NCBI RefSeq assembly: GCF_964213995.1
Contig: NC_135810.1
Location: 100,316,001-100,380,000, forward strand
Length of the DNA: 64,000 nt
Direction of reading: 5' to 3'
Source: Mustelus asterias
Taxonomy: Eukaryota
A program made the translations under genes and the position numbers. Position 1 is the stretch's first letter. Every line of letters begins with the position of its first letter. A model generated the notes under the pieces. The model did not search any database. It was not told the origin of the DNA and was given only the letters and a program-made list of their open reading frames with translations. This document shows, one piece after another, positions 62,411-64,000 of the stretch.

Positions 62411-63299
62411 ACTCTACATGGGATGGAAGCCAGACTATTAAGTCTATCGGTGTGTTGGAGATTGGAAACTAAACATTGCCTCAGGTAGTATCAGAAATCT
62501 TGGCAGCACAAAGGGCTGAACTGATAAAGCTGCTGCTTTGCTTTTAACCTGTAATCAAGTTGTGAAAACCATTTGATTCAATTTATGTGTTTTTAAATTC
62601 CTGGCAGAACAGTGCTTGAAAGCATCTGGATGGCTCAATCCCTTTCATACTGTAACTTGAATAACACCATGTGCTCAGTGAAAGAGATGCGATCTGTCTG
62701 GTATCACATCCTATTTCGCAAAGGCCGCATCCAAACTGTACATAATGGATAAAAAGCATTTCGACAACGAAATGTTGTAACTCCCAGTTTTTTACAGCAA
62801 AGCGGAAGACGCATTTTCCTGCGACTGATTACAATTCAAGCTTTATCCATTGGTGAATACATGGTTAAACAAGGCATATGAATTGACCTCAAATCAACAG
62901 CTTTAGGGATCTCTGTCTGCTGTGTCACGGGAGCTAGTTCAATCTGTACCTCCTGGTTTCAGTTGGCAGAGTCTCTGGTGCTGCAGCTTTCAGCATTTCA
63001 AATAGGTCAATCTCAGCACAGACAAAGCCAAATTCTCCTCTGAGCTACCTCTTCCCCTTGGAGCCTTTGCACCATGTCGGAGAGTGATTTGCCTATGGAC
63101 GGTCAACCGAGGGCCAAAAGCAGGGACCTGAAACTATGGTCAAGCTTTTGCACTAAAATGTGTACTTAATAATCATTTGCAGTCAGTACAGAAAAGTGCT
63201 ACAAACCACTACACTCCTTTTCACTAAGGTATCACAAATTCTGATTGATGATATATTCTAAAAGTCCAGGATCCTAAGGACCAAGTCCTGCAATTACTT

Positions 63300-63604
63300 G
63301 GGCGGCAGAATGACACAGTGGTTAGCACAGATGCCTCAGAGCGCCAGGGACCCGGGTTCGATTCCCGGCTTGGGTCACTGTCTGTGCAGAGTCTATTTCT
63401 TCTCCCCGTGTCTGCGTGGGTTTCCTCCGGGTGCTCTGGCTTCCTCCCACAGTCCGAAAGACGTGCTGGTTAGGTGCATTGGCCATGCTAAATTCTCCCT
63501 CCGTGTACCCGAACAGGCACCGGAGTGTGGCGAGTAGGGGATTTTCACAGTAACTTCATTGCGGTGTTAATGTATGCCTACTTGTGACACTGATAAATAA
63601 ACTT
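63300..63604 (+). mobile_element. V-SINE subtype B
   Basis: Head, core and B tail. Confidence 0.9.
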
Positions 63605-63625
63605 CAATGACATAGTAACAGTTAT

Positions 63626-63760
63626 GGGTGGAATCTTACGGCTGTTCACGCTGGCGGGATTCTCTGGTCCTACTGCAGCGAACGGAGATTTGGCTGAGCG
63701 CCAAATTCTCCATCCTTGCTTGCAGCAGCAGCGGGCATGAACAGCCGGAAAATTCCGGCC
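63626..63760. mobile_element. 135-bp TIR MITE (Harbinger-like)
   Basis: TAT-GGGTGGAATCTT...AAAATTCCGGCC-TAC. Confidence 0.65.
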
Positions 63761-64000
63761 TACATGTCTTTATAAATACATTAACATATTAAAAATGCAT
63801 TTGTACATTAGAAATAGAAAAGGACAGATTTAGAGAACAAAGGGACTCAAACAAATATTTGAAAATCTGCACTTTTTCCAATTTGTCTCATTTCATCATT
63901 TTTCCATTTACCCAACCCTCCAGCCTCAATTTGCTTCATTCTAAAACACAATCGAGTAATGTTGAAGCTAAATTCCACATGCAGTGCAAATCCTCCAACA

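Noticed and set aside
1-64000. CRISPR array, rRNA or prokaryotic operons
   Set aside because: No regularly spaced repeat-spacer structure or rRNA; the sequence is vertebrate repeat-rich DNA.

Overview
Repeat-dense, non-coding eukaryotic DNA, almost certainly from a shark or other elasmobranch (inferred from the HE1-type V-SINEs and HER1/CR1 LINEs). No host protein-coding exon could be supported, and nearly all ORFs in the track are by-products of repeats. Contents: about 30 tRNA-derived V-SINE copies in two tail subtypes; MER131/MetaSINE-like SINEs; fragments of CR1, Rex1/Babar, L2, RTE and another CR1-group LINE; Penelope-like element (PLE) fragments carrying minimal hammerhead ribozymes; Harbinger-type MITEs and a Myb/SANT relic; two solo LTRs; and one full-length Ty3/Gypsy LTR retrotransposon (56058-60741, minus strand, 296-bp LTRs, CAGTC target duplication, two frame disruptions). 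The most interesting observation is that this Gypsy element has no tRNA primer-binding site. Its PBS position holds a perfect 15-nt complement of the LTR's own poly(A)-signal region, suggesting tRNA-independent self-priming and/or poly(A) occlusion. Several TE-free, homeobox-motif-rich islands look like conserved enhancers. Boundaries of degenerate repeats are approximate; family names come from recognition by eye, not database searches.
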